A DNA stretch of 33,551 nucleotides from a virus (lineage: Duplodnaviria > Caudoviricetes). Each line of letters starts with the position of its first letter. Position 1 is the first letter of the stretch. Below the pieces are notes generated by a model. It saw nothing but the letters and a program-made list of their open reading frames with translations. It was not told the DNA's origin and did no database searches. Below are positions 25,301-33,551 of this stretch, one piece after another. A program made the position numbers and the translations under genes. Location of the stretch: the IMG/VR virus record IMGVR_UViG_3300006875_000075, positions 1 to 33,551 of that record. One strand, 5' to 3'.

Positions 25301-28300
25301 TCAATCGGCAAAGTTTTGACCAACAACCACACCATATATTCCATTATCAGATGAATAACTTGTTAATGTATTTCCATCAAATATTCTGAATGAATAAATG
25401 TCAGTTCTATTTGCAGTTGTAGTAACTCCAGGCAGAACTCCACCACCAGGCCATCTTACTGGAATTGTGTTCAATCCAACATTCCTAAAATCATCTAGAT
25501 CTACTGTATGTCCACCAACAGAATCTTGTGTTACCTTCAAAGTGAATTGAGTAGAATCAGATGGTGCATTTAATAATACAAAGTAATTAATATCGTCAAA
25601 CAAAGTGATGTTAAAGTTTTGTGCTACTGAAAGATCAATGGTGGCAACGTTGGATGTTATAGTTAAAATACCAACTGCCTCAGAATAAGTCTTAAATCTG
25701 GCAGAACCCTCAATATCTATCTTTACTCTTGGGGTAGTAGTTCCAATACCAATGTTTACCCCAGTCGTCATCAACGTTGTTGACCCAGATCCAACTTCAA
25801 TATTTGTTGCAGTTATAATACCAGCGGTAATTTGACCAGATGAGCTGGTTAAATTAAAATCTTTCGCAGTAACTATTCCGCTTACATAAACTTGATTTGC
25901 GGTTATGATTCCAACAAACTTAGCAACATTGTGAACATAAACATCAGTATTACCTGTTCCGGGAGAACCAACTTCTAAATTATATGCTGGAACTGAAGTT
26001 CCAATACCAATTTTTGCAAATCCAGTGTTGTAATATCCACCTGAAGTTTGAGCCCATCCAGTTGCAGCTGCATTGATTGAAGTAAGTCCTGCACCACTAC
26101 CAACAAAATTAGTGGCATAACAAGTTCCACCAATATTAGTATTACCATCTACATTTAGGAAATACTGACTCGAAGTTGCGCCAATACCAACACCATTACT
26201 ATCAACACATAATATCTTACTACCATCTGTTCCAAGTCCTGTGATTTTAAGTTTGCAATCACCAGGAGATGTTGTTCCAATTCCAACTTGATCAAAGATC
26301 GCAATATTATCATTCTTGGAAATACCTACAGATCCAAAACGGAACCAATCATTTTCAGTGGTGTAAATCCAACCAACAAATCCACTCTTTGAAGGATTCT
26401 CATAATAAACAATATCACCAGGATTTCCTGCAGTTGTTGGAGTTGAAATTCCAACAGTATATTTTCTAGATACAGTCGCATCACCTTGTAAGTATATTGA
26501 ATTCGCTTCAAATCCTTTTGTTGAAGTGGATGTTACTTTATTTGTAAAAATAACTGGACCATTAAATCTGGAAGTTGCTTTATTATCAGATCCACCATCA
26601 ACTTGAACTGAGCGATCAAAATTACCTTCAAGAGCACTTACAATATTGATATTTGGTTGGGAACTAATATCTTCACCAGTTACAGTTATGATAGGAGTAT
26701 CAAAAATTTCTTCTTGACCAGTAACTGTACTTAATTTTTTATTACCAGAGTATGAAATACCCTTATCATTCATTCCAGTGTAGAAATTAATTCCTCCCTC
26801 TTTTCTAGTTGATTGTGCTAGAAGTTCTTCTGCTGGTGAGATTTGTCTAGTCTGTTTATCAGGAAGAGCAGTAGAGTAATTTCCAGGACCAAATCCAACA
26901 TATTCAAACGTATGACCAGAAGCACGAGAGATAGAATGTCTTCTTAATTCAATTGGGAATGGTTTAATCCTTCTAACAACAGATCCATTTATATGATTTG
27001 TTGCTTTTGTACCTAAGACTCCACGGAAAACAGTAATTGATGTACCTGCAGTAATTCCACTTGGAATTGTTGTCTTAATTCTTACAATTTCATCATCAAT
27101 TGCAAGATAATCACCAATCTTAAGGTCAAGACTTTCTATTCCCTGAATTGTTATTGTTTCTGTTGCAGCATCAGAAATAAGAGCAAATAGTGTTGTTGTA
27201 ATTCCAGCATAAGTTGGAACCATTCTGCCGTTTAGATTTTCATTATCAATAGTTACAACACCGTCATTTGAAGTAAATCCTTCACGATGAACATATAATG
27301 TTCCAGTTACTGATGGTGCAGTTGTTCCAACTCCAACTTTTACTTTAAATGTAGTTAAACCAACATTTTCAGTAACTACAAAATCTCCATTATAAACACT
27401 TTGATTTGCACCACTAATTCTTACTTTTGCATCAACTTTAAGTCCATGGCGGTTTAATGTTGTGACAGTTGCAATGCCAACTTCTTTATTATATACAAGA
27501 GAGCTAACCTTAAGTGCTTCACCTGTTAGATACACAAAGGCATCTTGAGTGATCGGTTGACCAATTCCTGGATTTGAACTCCAAGTAGAGATTCCTGTAG
27601 ATGATTCAGCCCTAAAACTGTTGGCAGCACCAACAGGAACTTCAGTAATTCTATAAAGATTATTGAAAGTTGAATATATTTCAGAGCTTACTCCAGAAAC
27701 TCTAACAGTATCGCCAATGTTGTTATAAATTTTTGTTACCTGAACTACTGCTTGAGAATATCCTGAAGTTGTAGCAACACCAACAACAGCAAGAGTATTT
27801 CCAACACCGTAGGCAGATCCACCATCCATGATAATAACACTTGTCAAATTGCCTAAAGCATTAACAGAAATTTTTGCCGTGGCGTGCTTTCCAGTAGTCG
27901 ATGATCCGATACTAACTAGACGAGCATTATATAAATCTCCAGCAGATCCCCCACCATATCCAGCACCACTGCTAGCAATGGATACCTTCATAATTCTATT
28001 CAATCCATGATCAATAGAAGTATAAACCGAATGAATAGTAGAGCTGGTTGAAACAATATTAGTAATTCCTACCCCAGGATTTATATCTAGGAAAGTTTTA
28101 TTGATGGTTTCCTTTGTGATACTCTTACGAATATCATCAACTAATACTTCACCAATTAAAGATGACTGTGCAAAAGACTTTGCTTCATCTGGATCAGAAA
28201 CGGGAGTATCTCTGTCTATTTGTGGATATAAATCTTTTACTGGTTGAGAAAACTTTTCATCAGAAAAATAATTAACACTTGGCGCATTCGATGAATTAAC

Positions 28301-31174
28301 AAGAGTTAAATAGTATACACCATCTTGTTCATTAGAAACATACCTTTGAATTTCTTCACTTCTGTATACATAATAAACATTTTCATATTCCTTCCTCTTA
28401 AAATATGGAAGTGATGTATTTCTTGCAGTTATATCACTCGTAAATGTTCCTGGATTTGTAGATAATCCAACAGTAAATTGTTTTGCGCTGCTAATTCCAG
28501 AAACAATAAATGTACCATTAAAACCAGAACTATCGGCAGCTGAAGTATTATTTGAGCTGACAATATTTAAAACTTGAACTTTTGATCCAATAGAAAGATT
28601 GTGTGGAAGTTCTGTGTCAATTTTAGCATTTGACCCATCCCATGATGCTCCAGCAATAAATCTAAAGTTTCTCTGTTGATTTACATTTCCTATTGATCCA
28701 CTACCAAAGTAAGACTGAATTTCAGAATTTGTAGATCCAATTGAAGTGTTTGACTCTTGAAGAATAAATCCATCACTTGGAGGTCTTGATACAATAGATC
28801 CAGTTTCTTTTGGAATTACATATCTTACACGATAAATTCTATCATTTGTATTTCTAGTGTCTTGCTTACGCTTAATATAAGATCTTGGAGTTGCTTGCCC
28901 TAATGCAGTTACCCCAATTGAAACAATAGCATTGTAAATATTATTTTCAGTGCTTGCAGATGCAACTTTTACATACCACTGCCCAACATTTGAATCATAT
29001 TGAATTGGATGACCAATATCGCCAGCATTTTTATCTGATACTCTACTTACAACTTTTAAATTTCCACCCTTTGTATTAAAAGTTATATTTTTTGCATTTG
29101 TTGAAGAGTGTGTGAGAGCATCATTTAAAGTTTTAGCGACTTTAATTTGAGTTGTTCCAATACCAACATCAGTTGTGCTAGTAATAGCATAGTATACTTG
29201 ATTATTGAGTAAACCATCTGGAATTTTTCCAGTATCACTAAAGAATCTAATAGTTTCTCCAGTTAAAAATGTATGTCCAGTTCCATCAAATGTTAAAATA
29301 TTTGTTCCAGTATTTGATGCTACATTAAATGATTTTTCAGAAGTAGATTGTGATCCCGGCATCACAATTCTAGAAGAATACTCAGTAACATTTCCTGCTA
29401 AAGATACAAGAACATTTAATGTATCATTAACCTTTGCACCAAGTCTATATCCTTCAATAATATTTTCTGGTGGAACATCTTGGTTTGTCTGACCATAAAG
29501 ATGTAAGTGACCCGTTGATCCATAACTAACTACTTTGTTAACGTCAATTGAATTAAATTCAATTGTAGTCTCTTCGATTGGAATTTCTTTTGGTGGAATA
29601 ATATGAGTAATATATCCAAAATCATCTTGTGCAAAAGCGTTTCTTCTGAAACCAGATGCTACTAACGCTTTTGCACCGAAATTGGAGTTGGAGTTGGTGA
29701 TAGAAATATCACCACCAGTTTCAGTTACAAAGTGCTCAGCATAACCAATTGCAAAAATTGACACATTTTGAATAAACGCATCGTTTGTTGCTTTAATATG
29801 AAAATTCTTCCAATCTGGTTTATATACTGCTCGTATATTATTACTTAACGTTTCATTACCTGCTACACTACTATCTTCATATAGTCCTGTGTCTTCATTA
29901 AACAGAACAAATGCTCTATCATCTTTTTGTAGTCCAATTCCAGTAAACTGGGCAACAACTACAGATTTAAATCCAGATGCTTTATCACCATCAGCCAACA
30001 ATCCGCACATTCCATATACAGAACGTAAAGAAACGTTAAAAATGTATGGAGATGCTGATGTTACAGTATCTGATTGGAGAGAAAGAGATGCGCCCGTTGT
30101 TGATGGTAGTGCAAGTGTTGGAGACTCTTGAACTTGATACTTAATTTGTAGATCAGATACTTTTTCCGTAACGACAAATTGTCCATTATACCCACTGGCA
30201 GTGATACCCTCAATACGGAATGGTGTATCGACATCAAGTCCAGGAACTTCACTACTTAAAGTGACTGTGATAACAGTGCTTGACGTAACACCATCACCTG
30301 CCTTGATACTTGAAATTCCTACTGTTTGTCCTGTAGATCCAACTATACGATATTCATCAATTTTTGGTTGGATATCAAGTCCAGATGATGGATAATCTGG
30401 TTCAATAGGACGACCAGAAGATTGACCATATGCTAATCCAACTTTTTCATAATACATATCCAAGTCAGTTCTTGATGTAGAGTATGACTGGAACGTGTCA
30501 TTAATATACACTCCATTTACACCATCAGCATACTCAAAGCAACTTAGTTTATGGTGTGAAAAATTTGGAACAGATAAGTTTGTCGTATAGTTAGTGAAGC
30601 ACTGACCGTTTGGGTTAGCATCAAATATAGAAAACTGCCAGAGATAGCATCCACCGGTAATTCTAAAAACTGCAGATCTTTCAATATCATCATTGAGTGG
30701 ATCTGGAACATATCTTGGAATAATTTTTGTTTTTCTTAGATCAAGACCAACAAGAGAAGTTCCTCTTGGAATAATAACTCCACCATGAATACTATTCAAT
30801 TTGTAAAGTTGATTATTATCTGTAGTCAGGTCAAAGTTTGAAGTTAAATCAAAAGCAGCAAAATCATTTGAAACTACACCACTTCTTAATCTAAAATTAT
30901 TGATTCCATCTGGTATCCATCCAGGACGATTATCAACTATATGATCACCAGGATAAACAAGAATAGTTGTTTTACTAAATCTATCGTTATCTAAACCTCT
31001 TTGATATGAAAATCTTGAAGACTCAATAAGTGCTCTTTGAATCGTCTTAAATGGACGAGTCAATGAATTACCTTGATTTTCAATACTATCCGTTGCATCT
31101 AAGTCATTCGGATTAACGTAGAGAATTGTTCCTCTTGCTGACTTCAGAAAATTATCTAATCTGGAGAGACCCAT
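25301..31174 (-). CDS. Large cyanomyovirus tail-fibre/tailspike-like protein (1957 aa)
   Basis: MGLSRLDNFLK..RGTILYVNPNDLDATDSIENQGNSLTRPFKTIQRAL N-terminus, VGIGTT repeats, C-terminal IDLS.AQNF...VRWPGG..P..T.....DIYSF domain. GATAAATA at 31206-31213. Confidence 0.85.
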   Translation of the reverse strand: MGLSRLDNFLKSARGTILYVNPNDLDATDSIENQGNSLTRPFKTIQRALIESSRFSYQRGLDNDRFSKTTILVYPGDHIVDNRPGWIPDGINNFRLRSGVVSNDFAAFDLTSNFDLTTDNNQLYKLNSIHGGVIIPRGTSLVGLDLRKTKIIPRYVPDPLNDDIERSAVFRITGGCYLWQFSIFDANPNGQCFTNYTTNLSVPNFSHHKLSCFEYADGVNGVYINDTFQSYSTSRTDLDMYYEKVGLAYGQSSGRPIEPDYPSSGLDIQPKIDEYRIVGSTGQTVGISSIKAGDGVTSSTVITVTLSSEVPGLDVDTPFRIEGITASGYNGQFVVTEKVSDLQIKYQVQESPTLALPSTTGASLSLQSDTVTSASPYIFNVSLRSVYGMCGLLADGDKASGFKSVVVAQFTGIGLQKDDRAFVLFNEDTGLYEDSSVAGNETLSNNIRAVYKPDWKNFHIKATNDAFIQNVSIFAIGYAEHFVTETGGDISITNSNSNFGAKALVASGFRRNAFAQDDFGYITHIIPPKEIPIEETTIEFNSIDVNKVVSYGSTGHLHLYGQTNQDVPPENIIEGYRLGAKVNDTLNVLVSLAGNVTEYSSRIVMPGSQSTSEKSFNVASNTGTNILTFDGTGHTFLTGETIRFFSDTGKIPDGLLNNQVYYAITSTTDVGIGTTQIKVAKTLNDALTHSSTNAKNITFNTKGGNLKVVSRVSDKNAGDIGHPIQYDSNVGQWYVKVASASTENNIYNAIVSIGVTALGQATPRSYIKRKQDTRNTNDRIYRVRYVIPKETGSIVSRPPSDGFILQESNTSIGSTNSEIQSYFGSGSIGNVNQQRNFRFIAGASWDGSNAKIDTELPHNLSIGSKVQVLNIVSSNNTSAADSSGFNGTFIVSGISSAKQFTVGLSTNPGTFTSDITARNTSLPYFKRKEYENVYYVYRSEEIQRYVSNEQDGVYYLTLVNSSNAPSVNYFSDEKFSQPVKDLYPQIDRDTPVSDPDEAKSFAQSSLIGEVLVDDIRKSITKETINKTFLDINPGVGITNIVSTSSTIHSVYTSIDHGLNRIMKVSIASSGAGYGGGSAGDLYNARLVSIGSSTTGKHATAKISVNALGNLTSVIIMDGGSAYGVGNTLAVVGVATTSGYSQAVVQVTKIYNNIGDTVRVSGVSSEIYSTFNNLYRITEVPVGAANSFRAESSTGISTWSSNPGIGQPITQDAFVYLTGEALKVSSLVYNKEVGIATVTTLNRHGLKVDAKVRISGANQSVYNGDFVVTENVGLTTFKVKVGVGTTAPSVTGTLYVHREGFTSNDGVVTIDNENLNGRMVPTYAGITTTLFALISDAATETITIQGIESLDLKIGDYLAIDDEIVRIKTTIPSGITAGTSITVFRGVLGTKATNHINGSVVRRIKPFPIELRRHSISRASGHTFEYVGFGPGNYSTALPDKQTRQISPAEELLAQSTRKEGGINFYTGMNDKGISYSGNKKLSTVTGQEEIFDTPIITVTGEDISSQPNINIVSALEGNFDRSVQVDGGSDNKATSRFNGPVIFTNKVTSTSTKGFEANSIYLQGDATVSRKYTVGISTPTTAGNPGDIVYYENPSKSGFVGWIYTTENDWFRFGSVGISKNDNIAIFDQVGIGTTSPGDCKLKITGLGTDGSKILCVDSNGVGIGATSSQYFLNVDGNTNIGGTCYATNFVGSGAGLTSINAAATGWAQTSGGYYNTGFAKIGIGTSVPAYNLEVGSPGTGNTDVYVHNVAKFVGIITANQVYVSGIVTAKDFNLTSSSGQITAGIITATNIEVGSGSTTLMTTGVNIGIGTTTPRVKIDIEGSARFKTYSEAVGILTITSNVATIDLSVAQNFNITLFDDINYFVLLNAPSDSTQFTLKVTQDSVGGHTVDLDDFRNVGLNTIPVRWPGGGVLPGVTTTANRTDIYSFRIFDGNTLTSYSSDNGIYGVVVGQNFAD

Positions 31175-31220
31175 CTTATTAATGCTTATAGTTTCCGTTA
31201 TGGATTATTTATCATACAAC

Positions 31221-31242
31221 AAAACCCCCAAAAGGGGGTTTT
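31221..31242. terminator. Intrinsic terminator separating the tRNA/Mom block from the late structural block
   Basis: aaaaccccc-aaaa-gggggtttt perfect inverted repeat with T-tracts in both directions. Confidence 0.85.
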
Positions 31243-31283
31243 GTGAGCACTAATTGGCATTCCTTCACACGGACATTATTATT

Positions 31284-31892
31284 TTACCACTTTTCTTCTT
31301 TCCATGTCAAGCGTTTTTTAAGTTCTTTATCAAAAACCATTAAGTATCTATGCTTCCTGCTACGATCTCTCCATTCACCCTCAACACCCTTCACAGAACC
31401 TCTAGAATGCTTTGTTCCGTCAGTATAATAAAAGTCTTTCTTAGGGTTTGTTAAACCGTAGTATTGAAAATTGCAAGCTCTGTATATAGTTCCAAGGTGG
31501 TGATTAGAGTCAGCGTAACTAAGAATAGCACGAACTGTGGCATCTTTCCTAAATCTCCTTATGCAACGACTAACGAACCAAGATGTGATATTATATTCTT
31601 CTTTTTGAATATCAGGGTGAATACAAAGTCTTGATAACTCATATATTCCTTGCTGCTGATTTCTTTCTAAACCAAACGCACCTACGGCAATTTCTGGAAC
31701 TGGGAGACCACTAAAAATGCAAGTGCCAAGACACCCGCCAATATTAAGGATATCTGTGAATGACCTTCTGTATAAACCATAATTGAAACCAGATTTAAAA
31801 TCTTTGGATTCATCTTTTAGATAATGATAGGTATAAAGAAGTTCTTTGACTTCTTCTTTACCAACTTTATCTATATAAAAATCTGATTTCAT
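31284..31892 (-). CDS. Mom-like (GNAT-fold) DNA modification protein
   Basis: HYL, YELSRL, SWFVSR, ILSYAD....GTIYRACNFQY.G motifs characteristic of the phage Mu Mom family. Confidence 0.75.
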   Translation of the reverse strand: MKSDFYIDKVGKEEVKELLYTYHYLKDESKDFKSGFNYGLYRRSFTDILNIGGCLGTCIFSGLPVPEIAVGAFGLERNQQQGIYELSRLCIHPDIQKEEYNITSWFVSRCIRRFRKDATVRAILSYADSNHHLGTIYRACNFQYYGLTNPKKDFYYTDGTKHSRGSVKGVEGEWRDRSRKHRYLMVFDKELKKRLTWKEEKW

Positions 31893-31902
31893 CTAAGTAT
31901 TT

Positions 31903-32076
31903 TTACTCACTTTGTTTGCATTTTAACATATATTCTACAGTATTTGCTACATCATTCATAGCATCACGAAGAAATGGTTGTTGACCCGATTCTTGCTTCA
32001 CAATCGGTCGTGAATCATCAGTCAGAATCCACCGCCACTGCTGCATAGATTCACAATACCAGAGATTGATTTTCAT
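31903..32076 (-). CDS. Small hypothetical protein (57 aa), not in the ORF track
   Basis: MKINLWYCESMQQWRWILTDDSRPIVKQESGQQPFLRDAMNDVANTVEYMLKCKQSE fills the gap between tRNA-Thr and the Mom-like gene. Confidence 0.7.
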   Translation of the reverse strand: MKINLWYCESMQQWRWILTDDSRPIVKQESGQQPFLRDAMNDVANTVEYMLKCKQSE

Positions 32077-32098
32077 TTTATAGTTTTATAAGAACTAA

Positions 32099-32169
32099 AG
32101 CCCCTAGACAGAATTGAACTGTCGTCTCCGCTTTACAAGAGCGGTGCATCACCACAATGCTTTAGAGGC
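32099..32169 (-). tRNA. tRNA-Thr(UGU), CCA not encoded
   Basis: GCCTCTA/TAGGGGC acceptor stem, GCAT/ATGC D stem, CCGCT-CTTGTAA-AGCGG anticodon arm, GACAG-TTCAATT-CTGTC T arm. Confidence 0.9.
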
Positions 32170-32578
32170 ATATTTTTTGTCGGTGGAAATCTAATCTTGC
32201 TCTATCACGCCTTTCAACTCTACCATTACCTTTATTCTTCCCTTTATATGTAGAAGTTTGAGAGTGACAGTTTGGGCAAATATAACGAAGATTTGATATA
32301 TCGTTATTATAAGGATTTCCGTCTTTATGGTCAATCTCTAATGATAGAGGTTTATTGTTCCATTCAGAAATACTACAACAAGAACATTTATATCCATAAT
32401 TTTCAGTTAGGTATTTTTTAAGTGCTTTTTTACCAGGAGGTCTTCCACCACTTAACCATTCATCAATTCTTTGCTTTTGCTGAAATTCTTGTTGACATTT
32501 GTTAGAACAATATTTACCAGTTTTGTTTGCTGGGTTATATCTAAACTCCACAGAGCAAAAATTACATTTACCTAACAT
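32162..32578 (-). CDS. HNH endonuclease with zinc-binding motifs
   Basis: CNFC, YCSNKC, CSCC, LEIDHKDGNPYNNDISNLRYICPNCH. Confidence 0.9.
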   Translation of the reverse strand: MLGKCNFCSVEFRYNPANKTGKYCSNKCQQEFQQKQRIDEWLSGGRPPGKKALKKYLTENYGYKCSCCSISEWNNKPLSLEIDHKDGNPYNNDISNLRYICPNCHSQTSTYKGKNKGNGRVERRDRARLDFHRQKICL

Positions 32579-32618
32579 AGTAGACCTTTTTATTTTATTT
32601 ATAAGGTCTACTATGTTA
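32573..32618 (-). promoter_or_regulatory. Late promoter (32596-32603) inside a perfect 16-bp inverted repeat covering the HNH RBS and ATG
   Basis: TAACATAGTAGACCTT-ATAAATAAAATAAA-AAGGTCTACTATGTTA. Confidence 0.85.
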
Positions 32619-32885
32619 ATCAGCAGGCATCATTTCTGGATTTTCCAGTTCAACTTCAAATAACATTGGATGACACTCTTCATCAATCAAATAGAATGAT
32701 GATTTATATAGGTCCTCTGGTTCGAAGCGTCTTTCTTTGTCTGCTAATTCTATGAGTTCCAAATCGTACATAAGACTATCTGGAACATCATCAAAAGTAA
32801 AAGGAACTTGATTTATAAAGTACATCAGAACCAATTGAGTTCCTCTATTGTACCAGCAATATCTTGCATCAATACGGTACTTCAT
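32616..32885 (-). CDS. Hypothetical phage protein (89 aa)
   Basis: ORF fills the gap, is preceded by a CTAAATA late-like motif at 32907-32913, and has an acidic C-terminus. Confidence 0.7.
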   Translation of the reverse strand: MKYRIDARYCWYNRGTQLVLMYFINQVPFTFDDVPDSLMYDLELIELADKERRFEPEDLYKSSFYLIDEECHPMLFEVELENPEMMPAD

Positions 32886-32926
32886 AGGATGTTTCCTACT
32901 TTTGATTATTTAGAGGAAGAACCTCA

Positions 32927-33000
32927 TACCCGTGGGCGGATTCGAACCGCCGACTGCTCGATTTTAAGTCGAGAACCTCATTCCGCTGGGTCACACGGGC
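32927..33000 (-). tRNA. tRNA with UAA anticodon (Leu), short variable loop, CCA not encoded
   Basis: GCCCGTG/CACGGGT acceptor stem, CTCGA-CTTAAAA-TCGAG anticodon arm, 5-nt variable loop CAGTC, GGCGG-TTCGAAT-CCGCC T arm. Confidence 0.88.
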
Positions 33001-33428
33001 TTATAGTTTAGATTTGGTTTTCCTCCTCTAAAAGTTTTATTTAACCTTTGACTATATTTTCCAGCACAGGATTTAGAACAAAATGGACCAACTTTTTGTT
33101 GTTTTAGATTGTTATGTCTAATGTCTCTTGCTGGTTTATAGAAAGATTTATCACATTCAGGACATACACAACAAATCATTTCTGCTCTGTTATGTACTGC
33201 TGCGTGTTTCCTTATGTTATCTACTCTACTTAAAACTTGTAAATTGTCAAGTGAATTGTTAGTAAAGTCTCCGTCTATATGGTCACAGGTTTCATCAGGC
33301 AAAAGAGGTCTACCAAGTTTTTGTTCTAAAAGATATTTTGGATAAGAAACTGTTGTTCTTTTACCATTTTCATAGAGAACAATTCTTTGTCTTCCGTCTT
33401 TTGCTGTATATGGACCATATACTTTCAT
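32991..33428 (-). CDS. HNH endonuclease
   Basis: EQKLGRPL..DETCDHIDGDFTNNSLDNLQVLSRVDN, then CPEC...FCSKSC. Confidence 0.88.
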   Translation of the reverse strand: MKVYGPYTAKDGRQRIVLYENGKRTTVSYPKYLLEQKLGRPLLPDETCDHIDGDFTNNSLDNLQVLSRVDNIRKHAAVHNRAEMICCVCPECDKSFYKPARDIRHNNLKQQKVGPFCSKSCAGKYSQRLNKTFRGGKPNLNYKPV

Positions 33429-33435
33429 TATAAAA

Positions 33436-33551
33436 TCACCCTTTGTAGGTGATAGGATTATACTTGAGAAACTCCCAGAATGTCAACTTCATTTCTTTTT
33501 GTGACATTCCACAGTGTTTTGCTGCTTTAGGGAGATTCCACTTTGCAGTAA
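33436..33551 (-). CDS. 3' end of a small hypothetical phage gene that starts outside the window
   Basis: Open frame ...TAKWNLPKAAKHCGMSQKEMKLTFWEFLKYNPITYKG* ending 7 nt before the HNH ATG. Confidence 0.7.
   Translation of the reverse strand, partial: TAKWNLPKAAKHCGMSQKEMKLTFWEFLKYNPITYKG
33457..33486 (-). promoter_or_regulatory. Consensus sigma70 promoter embedded in coding sequence
   Basis: TTGACA-18 nt-TATAAT pointing at the HNH/tRNA-Leu unit. Confidence 0.7.

Noticed and set aside
32808-33011. Plus-strand 67-aa ORF
   Set aside because: It is antisense to tRNA-Leu and the 89-aa gene, with no supporting motif.

Overview
This is a segment of a T4-like cyanomyovirus-type phage genome, inferred from gene families and TATAAATA late promoters. 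Nearly everything is on the minus strand. In transcription order (right to left) it holds: (1) a tRNA region with tRNA-Leu(UAA) and tRNA-Thr(UGU), each directly preceded by an HNH endonuclease gene whose stop codon lies inside the tRNA; (2) a Mom-like DNA-modification gene; (3) a long tail-fibre/adhesin region with 1957-aa and 1456-aa proteins, an S74-chaperone fibre, and five repeated late-promoter modules of the form fibre/adaptor, then glycine-rich or beta-helix tip protein, then accessory gene; (4) interleaved 2OG-Fe(II) oxygenases and a sulfotransferase with sigma70-like promoters; (5) a collagen-like gene running off the left edge. Six free-standing homing-endonuclease-like genes are present (2 GIY-YIG, 2 HNH-AP2, 2 HNH). 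The most unusual signal is upstream of the two HNH-AP2 genes. Each has the same non-coding cassette: late promoter, CCUG...CAGG stem-loop, intrinsic terminator, second late promoter, then a leader complementary to the stem-loop. The 7-nt core differs at every position between the two copies yet stays complementary within each, which suggests a cognate small-RNA/nuclease-gene pair. All product calls come from motif recognition by eye; no database searches were run.
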